DNA of 64,000 bases from Antedon mediterranea. Lineage: Eukaryota; Animalia; Echinodermata. The position numbers and the translations under genes are program-made. The notes under the pieces were generated by a model. The model was given only the letters and a program-made list of their open reading frames with translations. It was not told the origin of the DNA and made no database searches. Positions 12,477 to 25,698 of the stretch are shown here, piece after piece (the first letter of the stretch is position 1; each line of letters opens with the position of its first letter). The stretch covers positions 24,937,237-25,001,236 of the forward strand of contig NC_092672.1 of NCBI RefSeq assembly GCF_964355755.1, written 5' to 3'.

Positions 12477-15288
12477 TTTACATAGTTGGTATAAACTACA
12501 CCTTTACATAGTTGGTATAAACTACACCTTTACATAGTTGGTATAAACTACACCTTTACATAGTTGACATAAACTACACCTTTACATAGTTGGCATAAAC
12601 TACACCTTTACATAGTTGGTATAAACTACACCTTTACATAGTTGGTATAACTACACCTTTACATAGTTGGCATAAACTACACCTTTACATAGTTGGCATA
12701 AACTACACCTTTACATAGTTGGTATAAACTACACCTTTACATAGTTGGCATAAACTACACCTTTACATAGTTGGCATAAACTACACCTTTACATAGTTGG
12801 CATAAACTACACCTTTACATAGTTGGCATAAACTACACCTTTACATAGTTGGCATAAACTACACCTTTACATAGTTGGTATAAACTACACCTTTACATAG
12901 TTGGTATAAACTACACCTTTACATAGTTGGTATAAACTACACCTTTAACATAGTTGGCATAAACTACACCTTTACATAGTTGGTATAAACTACACCTTTA
13001 CATAGTTGGTATAAACTACACCTTTACATAGTTGGCATAAACTACACCTTTACATAGTTGGTATAAACTACACCTTTGCATAGTTGGCATAAACTACACC
13101 TTTACATAGTTGGCATAAACTACACCTTTACATAGTTGGCATAAACTACACCTTTACATAGTTGACATAAACTACACCTTTACATAGTTGACATAAACTA
13201 CACCTTTACATAGTTGACATAAACTACACCTTTACATAGTTGACATAAACTACACCTTTACATAGTTGACATAAACTACACCTTTACATAGTTGACATAA
13301 ACTACACTTTTACATAGTTGGCATAAACTACACCTTTACATAGTTGGCATAAACTACACCTTTACATAGTTGGTATAAACTACACCTTTAACATAGTTGG
13401 CATAAACTACACCTTTAACATAGTTGGCATAAACTACACCTTTACATAGTTGGCATAAACTACACCTTTACATAGTTGGCATAAACTACACCTTTACATA
13501 GTTGGCATAAACTACACCTTTACATAGTTGGCATAAACTACACCTTTACATAGTTGGCATAAACTACACCTTTACATAGTTGGCATAAACTACACCTTTA
13601 CATAGTTGACATAAACTACACCTTTACATAGTTGGCATAAACTACACCTTTACATAGTTGGTATAAACTACACCTTTACATAGTTGGTATAAACTACACC
13701 TTTACATAGTTGGTATAAACTACACCTTTAACATAGTTGGCATAAACTACACCTTTGCATAGTTGGTATAAACTACACCTTTACATAGTTGGTATAAACT
13801 ACACCTTTACATAGTTGGCATAAACTACACCTTTACATAGTTGGCATAAACTACACCTTTACATAGTTGACATAAACTACACCTTTACATAGTTGACATA
13901 AACTACACCTTTACATAGTTGACATAAACTACACCTTTACATAGTTGACATAAACTACACCTTTACATAGTTGACATAAACTACACCTTTACATAGTTGA
14001 CATAAACTACACTTTTACATAGTTGGCATAAACTACACCTTTACATAGTTGGCATAAACTACACCTTTACATAGTTGGTATAAACTACACCTTTAACATA
14101 GTTGGCATAAACTACACCTTTAACATAGTTGGCATAAACTACACCTTTACATAGTTGGCATAAACTACACCTTTACATAGTTGGCATAAACTACACCTTT
14201 ACATAGTTGGCATAAACTACACCTTTACATAGTTGGCATAAACTACACCTTTACATAGTTGGCATAAACTACACCTTTACATAGTTGGCATAAACTACAC
14301 CTTTACATAGTTGACATAAACTACACCTTTACATAGTTGGCATAAACTACACCTTTACATAGTTGGTATAAACTACACCTTTACATAGTTGGTATAAACT
14401 ACACCTTTACATAGTTGGTATAAACTACACCTTTAACATAGTTGGCATAAACTACACCTTTGCATAGTTGGTATAAACTACACCTTTACATAGTTGGTAT
14501 AAACTACACCTTTACATAGTTGGTATAAACTACACCTTTAACATAGTTGGCATAAACTACACCTTTACATAGTTGGCATAAACTACACCTTTACATAGTT
14601 GGTATAAACTACACCTTTACATAGTTGGCATAAACTACACCTTTACATAGTTGGCATAAACTACACCTTTACATAGTTGGCATAAACTACACCTTTACAT
14701 AGTTGACATAAACTACACCTTTACATAGTTGACATAAACTACACCTTTACATAGTTGGTATAAACTACACCTTTACATAGTTGGTATAAACTACACCTTT
14801 ACATAGTTGGTATAAACTACACCTTTACATAGTTGACATAACCTGCACCTTTACATAGTTGACATAAACTACACCTTTAACATAGTTGGCATAAACTACA
14901 CCTTTAACATAGTTGGCATAAACTACACCTTTAACATAGTTGGCATAAACTACACCTTTAACATAGTTGGTATAAACTACACCTTTAACATAGTTGGTAT
15001 AAACTACACCTTTAACATAGTTGGTATAAACTACACCTTTACATAGTTGGTATAAACTACACCTTTACATAGTTGACATAAACTACACCTTTACATAGTT
15101 GGCATAAACTACACCTTTAACATAGTTGGTATAAACTACACCTTTAACATAGTTGGTATAAACTACACCTTTAACATAGTTGGTATAAACTACACCTTTA
15201 CATAGTTGGTATAAACTACACCTTTACATAGTTGACATAAACTACACCTTTACATAGTTGACATAAACTACACCTTTACATAGTTGGC
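12477..15288. repeat. 26-bp minisatellite/satellite array (TTTACATAGTTGGCATAAACTACACC)n
   Basis: About 107 head-to-tail units with GGC/GGT/GAC variants and occasional +1 A. Confidence 0.98.
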
Positions 15289-16984
15289 CATAAAAAAAAC
15301 ATAAAAAGAATACAAACAATACAACAAACGGATACAAAATAAATGGCGTGAATACAGGAACAACTAATTTTAAACCAACCGACTCGATCTCTGTTGTAGT
15401 CACACATCACTGAAATAAAAAAAACATTAAATATTAGGGTAATAAGTGAAAATAATCATAATAACTTAAACTATAGTATATATAATAATGACTGAAAAAT
15501 ATCGATAACTGAAAGGGTAACATACACTACTCCACACTAACATTTGCAAGCTAGCTCTGAGATTATAATTTTGTTTTTCCATGATCTTTATCCACATAGA
15601 TTGTTATTGCTGAGGAAAAGTGTATAGTGTTTATGTGTACTGTTGCATACAAAGTCACGTTAAATTAATAATGTTTCTTTCCGAAGTCCAGGCAATCTAA
15701 CAACAGGATGCAGGATCTATTATGCTATAATAATAAATTAATAATGTTTCCCTCCGAAGTGCTATACTAGATCACGTTATACCCAGATATTTATAATTTA
15801 TACTACACTCTAGATAGAAAAAGAGATCATTCAAACACACTAATATCGATCAGCAAGAAGTTAATTTTGAAAAAAATGAGTTGCAACCATAATTTCCACA
15901 TTTGGCTAGCCTGAGATCATGTTTACTATTATAAATGCCAATACCTTTAGTCTTATAATAGTGCCCTCTATAATGGTTTGACATTTTTTCAAAATATTAT
16001 AGTGCCCTCTATAGTTTAGACATAATTTTATAAAACCTCCAGGAATATTTAATTTTTCCAAATTGATAATTTTAGGTTCACATGAATTGACTGCTTTATA
16101 ATTATCAGCGAAAGACGCTGCATGGATCCATATCAGTTTGTATATTGCGTTAATGAGGACGATTTTTTATTTGTTATTTTTTAAATCCATTTGGCTCATC
16201 TGACAAAGGTAAGTCCTATGCATATCTTCATTTTTGAAATTTCCTCTCGGCATTTAATACCATCGACTCTCTTATGTATTAATAGATAAGCTTTGTTTTG
16301 CCCATGCCTCACCTCCATCTATCCAATCTGGAGCAGTTGTATCGTTGATGGTGATTTTACTGAAATGAGTATTTTAAGAATGTTGTTTATAACAGAGGCA
16401 AAATGTTTTTGAACAAAAATGAGACCGTCGATATCTAGCTTTGAATGAAGCAATTGTTGTGGAATATTTAATTTCAGTTGGTAGGTTATTCCATATTTAA
16501 GAATTTTGTTTTAACAGAGGCAAAAACATTCCACAATATCAGTGTTCAGTGGCATGGTACAAGTTTACACCATGAGGCAAATGTATTTCTAATGTTATAT
16601 TAAAATAATACACTTGACGTTAATGCTATTAGGCCTGTCAATTTGGCTGATATGCAAGAGCTTATGGTCAGTGTGATAAAACTGGGTAGATTCAGAAATA
16701 CAAGATATTCGATATAATACTCGTAACGAAGAGTTCAAGTATGTTTACATGACCATTGCGTGATGGTATATCATTAACATCTTTAGGCTTATACAGGATT
16801 ACACTATCAGGTAAAAGAAAAAATACTTACTAGCCTATACATAGATTCTTTATTCGTTCGTCATTCCGAAGTTTAAAATAAACCATACTAGCATATACTG
16901 ATCTTGCATTCTGTTCGCTTTTGATTCTCGCACTGAGTGGTGATATAGCATTATAACCCCGGCCCACTAAGGATCCATTTGGAA

Positions 16985-17247
16985 AATCACAAGAAGGGCA
17001 GGGCGTAGGATTGTAATTGATGTATATACTTGAATGTAAACAGGATGCAGGAACTGTGTATAACAAACGACTTACTGTATTAAAGATGTAGATAACCTGT
17101 ACGGATTATGGATGGAATAACGCTATCTTCTTTGTGAAGCAGGTGACACATTTTGTAGATTGCGTTTTACCAAGAGAACGCATGCATCCTGTTTACATTC
17201 AAGTATATACATCAATTACAATCCTACGCCCTGCCCTTCTTGTGATT
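16985..17247. repeat. Perfect 65-bp inverted repeat with 133-bp spacer
   Basis: 16985-17049 is the exact reverse complement of 17183-17247. Confidence 0.95.
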
Positions 17248-17517
17248 CTTGTAATTTTTCCAAATATAGGCCTAGTAGTTTCTCGACAAAAAAAATAACA
17301 CTAACTTATTGTCAAGAGATCGGTAATTTGTAATTATATACTCACAAGAACTGTACAGTTGTTTTGATTTAACCGTGATCTCCATTGTATTTTAAATTAC
17401 AATTGAGTTTTATCCCTTTGTTTTTGTTTCAAGCTGTACCGTTTATCGATTTATTTATTTGTCTGTATTGTACAGGCCACATACAGCGAACATGGGAAAT
17501 CAAAGTATAAAATCTAG

Positions 17518-18317
17518 TATAATACAATTTTTAATAACCAGATTTTAAATTATATTTTGTAATGACCAATTAATGATATATTTAATATGTATATTGGACA
17601 AAATAAAAAAAGAAATATATTTGACATACTATATTATTATTTGATATAATTTAACGTACGCACATAAAGAGACGCAGACAACTAAACTTTACTTTGATTA
17701 GAAGTAATAATTGTTTATTTGATTTGATATAATAATTCTAATATTTGCTACGTCTACTCTAAGACCCGTAAGGTCCGTATTAATGACTGGACTATCTCTG
17801 GATTTAGTCTGGACAATCTTTAGTCCTGGACAAACCAGTATTAAAATCGGCAAAAGATAGTCATGAATACGGGCCAATGTGATTGTGGCCTACACTATGC
17901 AGTCATTCACAGTACGCATTAACCTCAACAACAGTCACTGATCGTTTTATATGTTAGTACATATAGATATAGATATCACATACCAGTTCATAAATCACAT
18001 TTAGTCCAAAAATATCATAACCAGCAACTACAATTGAAAAACATTCATGTAAACAAGAAAAGCAACTTACAAATATATTAATAAACAACTTCACTTAACA
18101 GGTCTGCCTCATTATTTAAGCCCTTAATTTCAAAACTGAACTTGTCATGGCACACAACAAAGCGGCAAGTACGCCACCAATATTTTGGAACGTAAGTGAT
18201 AACAGTTATCAGACATTCAAACACTCTCCGTTTATTTAAGTGTTGATATACTATTTGTTAGCAAAGTGTATTTAGAAGTGATAGTGAGTTTACAGTAGGC
18301 CTGTAAAGATGGCCTAT
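17518..18317 (+). repeat. Local segmental duplication copy 1 (copy 2 at 22361-23123)
   Basis: Near-identical about 0.8-kb direct repeat; contains a small MITE with TIR GG(T/C)CCGTATT(A/C)ATGACT at about 17771-17875. Confidence 0.92.
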
Positions 18318-18329
18318 ACAGACCCAAAA

Positions 18330-19320
18330 ATTGTTAATGATTATCAAAATGCACTTAAACATTTGACTTCCTGCATATCCAAAATTAACGAATTGATGAT
18401 TAGTAGGCTAATATGTTACAGTTAAATCAGGAGAAAACTGAGTTTTTTTGTTTTGCATGTAATCGTGTCGCGCTACCAGATCTTGAATTAAAATTAGATA
18501 ACAATATATTATTCGTCCTTCAAAATGTATTAAAAACTCTAGGTGTGATGTTTGATAGCTCTTTGAATATGTCCTCTCAAGTAAATGCTTTATGCAAGTC
18601 ATTGAATTACCTACTCCGTAATTTGTCGTAAATATATTACTAAAGCTTGGTTTTCACTAGCGACGCAATCTACGCAACTTAAGAAAATGCCCTTCCAATC
18701 ACTGTGTTTGCCCCCGCCTGCGTGAAATCAAACATACAATGTTTGCAGCACTATTGCGTCGTCGGTTCCCACTTATGATTACGCAATACAGCACATTGCG
18801 TCGATACGTCTATGCGTTGCGTTCTAGTGGGAACCACGCTTAAGGATGCATGACAAAATCCTGTCCCGCCTTGACTTTGCTAACTCGCTCTTGCTTGGTG
18901 CTCACGCCCGTGCCCGCGAAGTTGATCTTAAACGATTACAGCGATTGCAGAAACAAGGCTGTGTTTGCGTGTGGACGGTATCAGCCTTCGGATGGTTTAT
19001 ATTGAAATATCTCGATTGGCTTCATATAAAAAAAAAGAATTGTGTACAAACTTATTGTTTTTGTTCATAAATGTATTTACTCTGTTTCCTTTTTACCTTT
19101 TTTTATTTAACCGTGATCCGCTTTCATTTAATTTTGACTTCTCTCCTCTAATTGATCCCACCCGACTTTTCGTTGCACGATCTAATGGGAAAGCTGGGGA
19201 CAATACTTTTTCTGTCACCTCTCCGCGGATCTGGAACGTAACGCGCTTCCTGTCGATTTAAGAGGAGCGAATTCGGCAACTCTATTTAAACATCAAAAAC
19301 TTTTCTTTAATTAATAATAG
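18330..19320 (+). pseudogene. Degraded L2/CR1-group LINE 3' fragment
   Basis: LQLNQEKTEF, LGVMFDSSLNMSSQV, SRLDFANSLL, LKRLQRLQ and FSVTSPRIWN are collinear with the C-terminus of the intact ORF at 32699-35818. Confidence 0.85.
18644..18840. mobile_element. Harbinger-like MITE nested in the LINE fragment
   Basis: TIR AGCTTGGTTTTCACTAG / CTAGTGGGAACCACGCT with TAA TSD on both sides; it splits the RT remnant. Confidence 0.8.
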
Positions 19321-20110
19321 GCGTACTAGTGTTGTTAGGTGTTCTGTTCATTGTAGAGGGCGCCTATACGAACTTATAGAATAGAATATAAATAAATATT
19401 CTTTAGAAACGTGAAACTTAAACAGATCTGATATCAATGATCAGTGGCCTCTTGTACCTGACAATGATGGATGCAGCCTGTTTGGTTCTCATTGCTTTTT
19501 CTCAGTGGGTGAAAACGTATAAGAAGGTGCGTTCCCACTCAGTTTGGTTATCCAGAAACAATTCCCGTATCGGATGAGTGCTTTCAACGATGTAATGTAG
19601 ACGCGGCAGTATGTGAGCCTATGTCGGTAGAAATCTTGTCGTATGCGACATGATTTGATTATCGTATACAGATGTGTGCCTGTTATCGTATGTTTGTGAT
19701 ACATCGTATTCTTATTTTGTTTTCTAAATAAAACTTTCTAGCCAAAAAAAATAAAAAAATTGTCGTATGCAGATGTGTGTCTCTTATCGTATGTTTATAA
19801 TGTTTTAATATTTCTGTAATAACAAACTAAAAATCGTATTTTAATTTTTTTAATTATTTGTTATCTTTTTTTGATTTCTTACAAAGATGGGGATGATGTT
19901 AAATTGAAATTCATGAAAGCGCCATGATTGATGCAAGCATGCAAATGTATTAGACATCGGTCATAATAATATTATTGACAATGGTGCGTGCAATAGGCCT
20001 ACTGTTCTTGATAATGAAACAAACATTAAATTAACATAGCTAAACTATTAACACATCGATGGTCTTTCTCGTTATGCCTGGGGAAGCGATATGGAAACGG
20101 TAGTAAAACA

Positions 20111-20920
20111 GTGTTAGAACATTCATCCCAAACAGGAATAATGTTGCTAAGATACGAAAAGGAAAAGCAGAAAACTCAAAGCATAGAATACTTTGAAGAG
20201 ATTTGCAAAAGAGTTGTGTTGACCAGAGGCTATGAATTGCATAGAGCCAAGCACTCATCGTTTTACGAATATTTATCGTATACATCTGTATACGATAATC
20301 AAATCAATGGCACGTTGTTCCCAGAGCAGATTTACGGATTTCGAAAAGTATTGAGTTTCATGCATCAAACTATAGCACAGCCAGAAGATTTGTTGAGAAA
20401 ACCGATATTGAAACTAAAAAGGACCGCTTGGCAGTGCATCAAGAGCGTAGACTTTAAGGTTGATTTTGGCGAATTTATAGAAAACGCAAACATCGACGTC
20501 TTAACCATGTATCATAATGTACTCTGGGTGGTATTAAACGTGAAATGAATAGAAAAGACAGTTTCCTACCAAACACTCTGTTCGATGCCATAGAGAACAT
20601 TAATGTGCCACAGGGACTCTTGTGTCTTCCAAGGTCTTTTATAGCAGCCACACAGATGGCTATGCAAAAGGAATATAAATCTACCATGAAGAAATTACAT
20701 CCCCACGTGACACCGGAGCTCATACAAGAATATGCTACATTCACTCCATCGGACATTCTGAACGACATACGCATTTCTGAAAGGTTCTGTCTAAAGACAG
20801 CCATTCTTTTCTTGTTATTCGGCCGACTTTGACATTCGATAGAACGTGAAAATCCCTTTATATGCTGGGATGAGGAACATAACCGACTTGAGGAGGAGCC
20901 AGCGTTCGTTTTCCGTTTTT
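20111..20920 (+). pseudogene. Decayed intronless gene(s) of unknown function
   Basis: ORFs 20111-20548 and 20545-20832 abut through ATGA and have protein-like composition; the frame continues past the stop (HSIERENPFICWDEE); no family recognised. Confidence 0.45.
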
Positions 20921-21059
20921 TTTTTATAATTTGTACTTCAGCATTGTTGAAACATAGCTTCCGTGCTTTCCTCACATATATAATAAACATATACCTAATA
21001 ATAGTTTTTTATAATTTTTGTTTCATTAATGGCTTTCAAAATCATCATAATGACAGAAG

Positions 21060-21560
21060 ATGAATGTCGATAGTATTCGACAGAACAGAGTCTTTTTCAA
21101 TGTACTAAGCAATGTGGGATGGTAAAGAGTTGGAACAGATTTCAAGAGTTTCGTCCTGACGATTAAGATCGTGTAATGAGTATCCAAGTACCAGTTTCGA
21201 TTCATGAAGCCTAAAGGATTTTCATGTTTGGCGAGAGTGATGGTAGACTGGTATTTGCCTTCAAGGACGTCACCATGTACGTTGTAACTTTACAGACGAC
21301 TTTGAAGAGCACTTTACAAACAGGTGAAATGATGGATACACCAAGAAATTTGAAGTTAAGTCAACGCTTTTGCTAAACACCTGTTATCGTGCCAGGGAGT
21401 GATTTACGGCAGCGAAATCTGTCAACCGATGTTGTTTGGACAGTATGTAGCCGAACGTTCATCTATAAAATTGACCATGAAACGGCAAAAGATAATCGCT
21501 CACGTAAACGGCATGCAAATATTTGCTTGGAGAATGCTACCAAACCGAGTCGTTGAAGGC
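21060..21560 (+). pseudogene. Frameshifted coding remnant with weak resemblance to Polinton accessory DEDD-like proteins
   Basis: Fragments KYQFRFMKPKGFSCL, LLSCQGVIYGSE and RHANICLENATK loosely follow the F.FKPP / IY.KG.EK / H...CA..N pattern recalled from Polinton ORFs; unverified. Confidence 0.25.
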
Positions 21561-22360
21561 TGTCAGGATGCATGTGTTCTCTGCAAAATGTATCATGCTT
21601 CACAAAGAAGATAGCGTTATTCCATCCATAATCCGTACACGTTACCTACATCTTTAATAAGTCGTTTGTTATACACAGTTCATTGTTGCTATATTATTAT
21701 TCATGGAGAGCACTCCCGGATCACTTCATTATTTCTTATACTGTAGTATATTTTGAAACAATTTTAAATAATACAATGTTTAACCAGGTTTTATATTGTT
21801 TCTATATATTTGGTATTAATGAAAATAATGTATTTGTTATGTATATTGGAAAAAATATATAAAAAGAAATATGATTTACAATATTATTTAAATTATTTGT
21901 ACTGTTTATAATTTGACACACGCACAGACGCAGACGCAGATGGGTAAACTTTTTCTTTGATTAGAAGAATTAAATATTGGATTTGATATATAATAATTCT
22001 AATTTTTGTTAATTATAATCACAGACAAAATGAGATTTTAGGCTATAGTAATCATTCATAATACCGTAAGCACATTTGTCATAAATGTAGGCCATACAAC
22101 ATTGGAATGTCGGTCCTTGACTCGCTACGGATTACCGTAGGTTAGAGCCTGTTTACACGACGTATGGGCGTAAGCCATGGCGTACGCATTGCGTAGCCTA
22201 CGCCTTGCGTGTGAAGGCATTTACTACGCCACGTTCGTGGCGTTAGATAACGAGCCTAACGCTGTGTCGTTTGTTCAACAGTCCATTGTTTCTTGATAAT
22301 TTATTTATTCAGAGCACACCGGAACACTTTTTTTATAAAGTATATTTCTAAACATTTTTA

Positions 22361-23123
22361 TATAATACAATTTTTAATAACCAGATTATATATTTTTTAT
22401 ATTTTGTAATGACCAATTGATAATTATTTAATTTGTAGGCCTATATTGGACAAAATAAAAATAAAATATATTTGACATATTATTATTTGATATAATTTAA
22501 CGTACGCACATAAAGAGACGCAGACAACTAAATTTTACTTTGATTAGAAGTAATAATTGTTTATTTGATTTGATATAATAATTCTAATATTTGCTACGTC
22601 TACTCTAAGACCCGTAAGGTCCGTATTAATGACTGGACTATCTCTGGATTTAGTCTGGACAATCTTTAGTCCTGGACTAAACAAGTATTAAAATCGGCAA
22701 AAGATAATCATGAATACGGGCCAATGTGATTGTGGCCTACACTATGCAGTCATTCACAGTACGCATTAACAACAGTCACTGATCGTTTTATATTTTAGTA
22801 CATATAGATATAGATATCACATACCAGTTCATAAATCACATTTAGTCCAAAAATATCATAAACAGCAACTACAAATATATTAATAAACAACTTCACTTAA
22901 CAGGTTTGCCTCATTATTTAAGCCCTTAATTTCAAAACTGAACTTGTCATGGCACACAACAAAGCGGCAAGTACGCCACCAATATTTTGGAACGTAAGTG
23001 ATAACAGTTATCAGACATTCAAACACTCTCCGTTTATTTAAGTGTTGATATACTATTTGTTAGCAAAGTACGTGTATTTAGAAGTGATAGTGAGTTTACA
23101 GTAGGCCTGTAAAGATGGCCTAT
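22361..23123 (+). repeat. Local segmental duplication copy 2
   Basis: Matches 17518-18317 apart from a few indels, including a deletion of about 39 bp between AGCAACT microhomologies; an older partial copy lies at about 21765-22005. Confidence 0.92.
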
Positions 23124-23268
23124 GATTGTGTAAATGCTATTTTAGGAAACAAATGGAAACTTTATGTCTGTTCTGTTATACTAGTAGGCCTACTTTAACT
23201 AAAATCATTGGTAATGTTTGTCTTGCTAAAAGATGTTGCTAGTAGGGCCTACTAGTAGTTGTACTCAA

Positions 23269-23549
23269 AGATGTATTGTCCCACAAAAACATGAAAAATG
23301 AAGATTAATTAAATCAGACTAATAAAGTTAATCAATTCTGTAGGAAAAAAAAAATGTTTTCACTTATAAAATAACATAATAAATAGTTAAATTCAACCAA
23401 AAATCCATTGGCTGGCAGCCAATTTGACCATTTTTGCTTAAATACATTTTTTCCAATTTATCCAAAAGTGGATAACTATCATGTGACATTAAATGGCATA
23501 TTGAAAAAGTTAAAGTTAAAAATTATTTTTCAGGGGGGACAACACATCT
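23269..23549. mobile_element. Kolobok-like MITE
   Basis: TIR AGATGTATTGTCCC / GGGACAACACATCT, flanked by TCAA/TTAA. Confidence 0.7.
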
Positions 23550-24757
23550 TTAAACGAAATTTCCTAGGTTTAATCAATTTAGTAGGCCTAGTAGCCTATG
23601 GTCGCAATAAAGTGTATTTTGATTGTATGAGCATTAAGCGATTGATTATTCAAACTTTCGCTTGTCATTTAATTTAATTTAATTGTCATTTAATATTTAA
23701 TTTTAATTGGTTAAAACAACGAAAGGAATGTGCTCACCCGCACAACTAACGTATGCACTATTTTCTATAAATCGATAACAGGCCTATTAGAAGTAAAATA
23801 GGCATACAACTTATTTTTCTAAGCATGCAATTTGGGTAAAAATACACACAATTTTTCAATAAAAATAGGTAGTCTGTGTAAAAAATAATATAAAAATATA
23901 TTAGTTGTTAAGGTTTTTTTTAAAAATGTAGGGCTACAATAAAACAATGTTAAAAATTTGATTAATTAATATAAGTCATTGCAGTTATTTCCCAGTACGT
24001 ACTTCTCAAGATCCAGGTCGTAGAATGTAGAGTAAGTATACTCTTCTTCAACAACAGCAGCACACGTGTGGCATGATGGCTCATCAAAAAAAGTTCTCAA
24101 AATGAAACATGTATTTATATGGGGTGAACATGTTGTTACGTTTGTTACCGGTAATATTTTATGGTAATTAATAATTTATAGAACAGTGAATGTTAGGAAA
24201 AAATGGCGAAATAAATGTAAGGGTACACTCAGCTACTAAACTATAATTACTAAATAAAATAAATAAATAATAAATAAACTAAATACTACGTACTAGCTAG
24301 GCCTAGCCTAGGCCTAGCTAGGCACAAGTGTCTGTAGGCCTACTTATGTAGGGTGATGTAGGCCTAAGGCTATACTACTAACTACTTTCTCTAGGCCTAG
24401 GCCTAAATACTAAATACTACTAACTAGGCCTAGTGTCTGTCTATAGGCCTGGGCCTACTTATGTAAGTTGATGTAGGCCTAAGTAAGGCTATACTACTAG
24501 ACAAAAAGGGTGCTAGAGTAATACATAGGAGGAGGAACAGGTAAGGCTGGACCAGGCCTAGGCCTAGTACAAGTTAGGCTTATAGCTAGCTAGATACTGT
24601 TTAGGCATAGCCTACTAGGATCATCATAATAGCAGTTTTCATACTGGAATTACGGAAAAAGGTTAAAGGTTTCAAGATGGTTTTAGGCCTGGGGTTAAAC
24701 CATATAATATTTATATTATAAATAAAGGAAGTAAATTCATTGGTTAGTGTTCATTAA

Positions 24758-25383
24758 AGACCCCTTCCCTGCAATTTTGGACGTTTTTTGGAAAATAATA
24801 CATATATATCACTTTAAAAACATTAAACCATGTCATTTCTTGTCTTAAATGTACGTTTTATGGTAAATTATGATAAAAAGTGAGAAACAATGCACTACCT
24901 AAGTAGCTCGCGGCGATCGACCTCTCATGGACGGTCTTAGGCCTAGCCTAGCTAGGCTTAGTTTTGTAGGCCTAGCTGGTAAACATCGGTAACGTACGAA
25001 CATCGTACGCGAGCTATATACCTAGCCTGACGTTGTATAGTTGCTGCATTAATTGTCTTTCTATTTTTGCCAGACTCCGTTGATACAAATTGGGGAAAAC
25101 CCGGTATTTTCGCTGAAAAGTTAGGAGTCTTCCATTTGTTTTGGCCTCACGATCGATCGAAAAGTGGGCGAATTACAGGTGAAAAACAAAAATATCAATC
25201 CGCGCGCAATGCATTTTGGGATTTATAGCGGGCCGCTATAATTATTAGAATCGGCTTATTTTTCACATTTTTAACCGTTTAAAGACGAAAAAAGTTATCG
25301 CAATAGGACCATATAGTATTATTTTTACATTAAATATAGTTTGTGATCTTAAATTAGATCTAAAAAACGTAGGGAATGGGGCT
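24758..25383. mobile_element. Kolobok-like 626-bp MITE, copy 1
   Basis: TIR AGACCCCTTCCCT / AGGGAATGGGGCT with TTAA TSD on both sides; near-identical copy at 47836-48461. Confidence 0.88.
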
Positions 25384-25698
25384 TTAAATATCTTTGTATC
25401 AAAATTGATTAAATTCACAGCGTTAATGAATGGTGGCACAGAATAGTTAGCTCTTGTTAAGAAAGCTAATTGTAATACTTTACTCTCTGTCCAAATTAGC
25501 TATTAAATCAAATCAACATCACAGGCAGAATGGCAGAGCATACCAGGTACACACACACACTCACATTTCTATTTTTCTAAGGACACAATTACAACTCCAC
25601 TCCCAAAGACTTGTAATAAGACTTTGTTTATGTAGAGCATCTTGTGTATATGTTTGTCTTGTGAACCTAGCTCTGAGGGTCCCTAATGATCAGCAATT

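Noticed and set aside
12477-15288. 26-bp repeats as a CRISPR array
   Set aside because: Units are head-to-tail with no spacers; this is a satellite
17518-23123. LTR retrotransposon defined by the 0.8-kb direct repeats
   Set aside because: No TG...CA termini, TSD, PBS/PPT or gag-pol motifs seen
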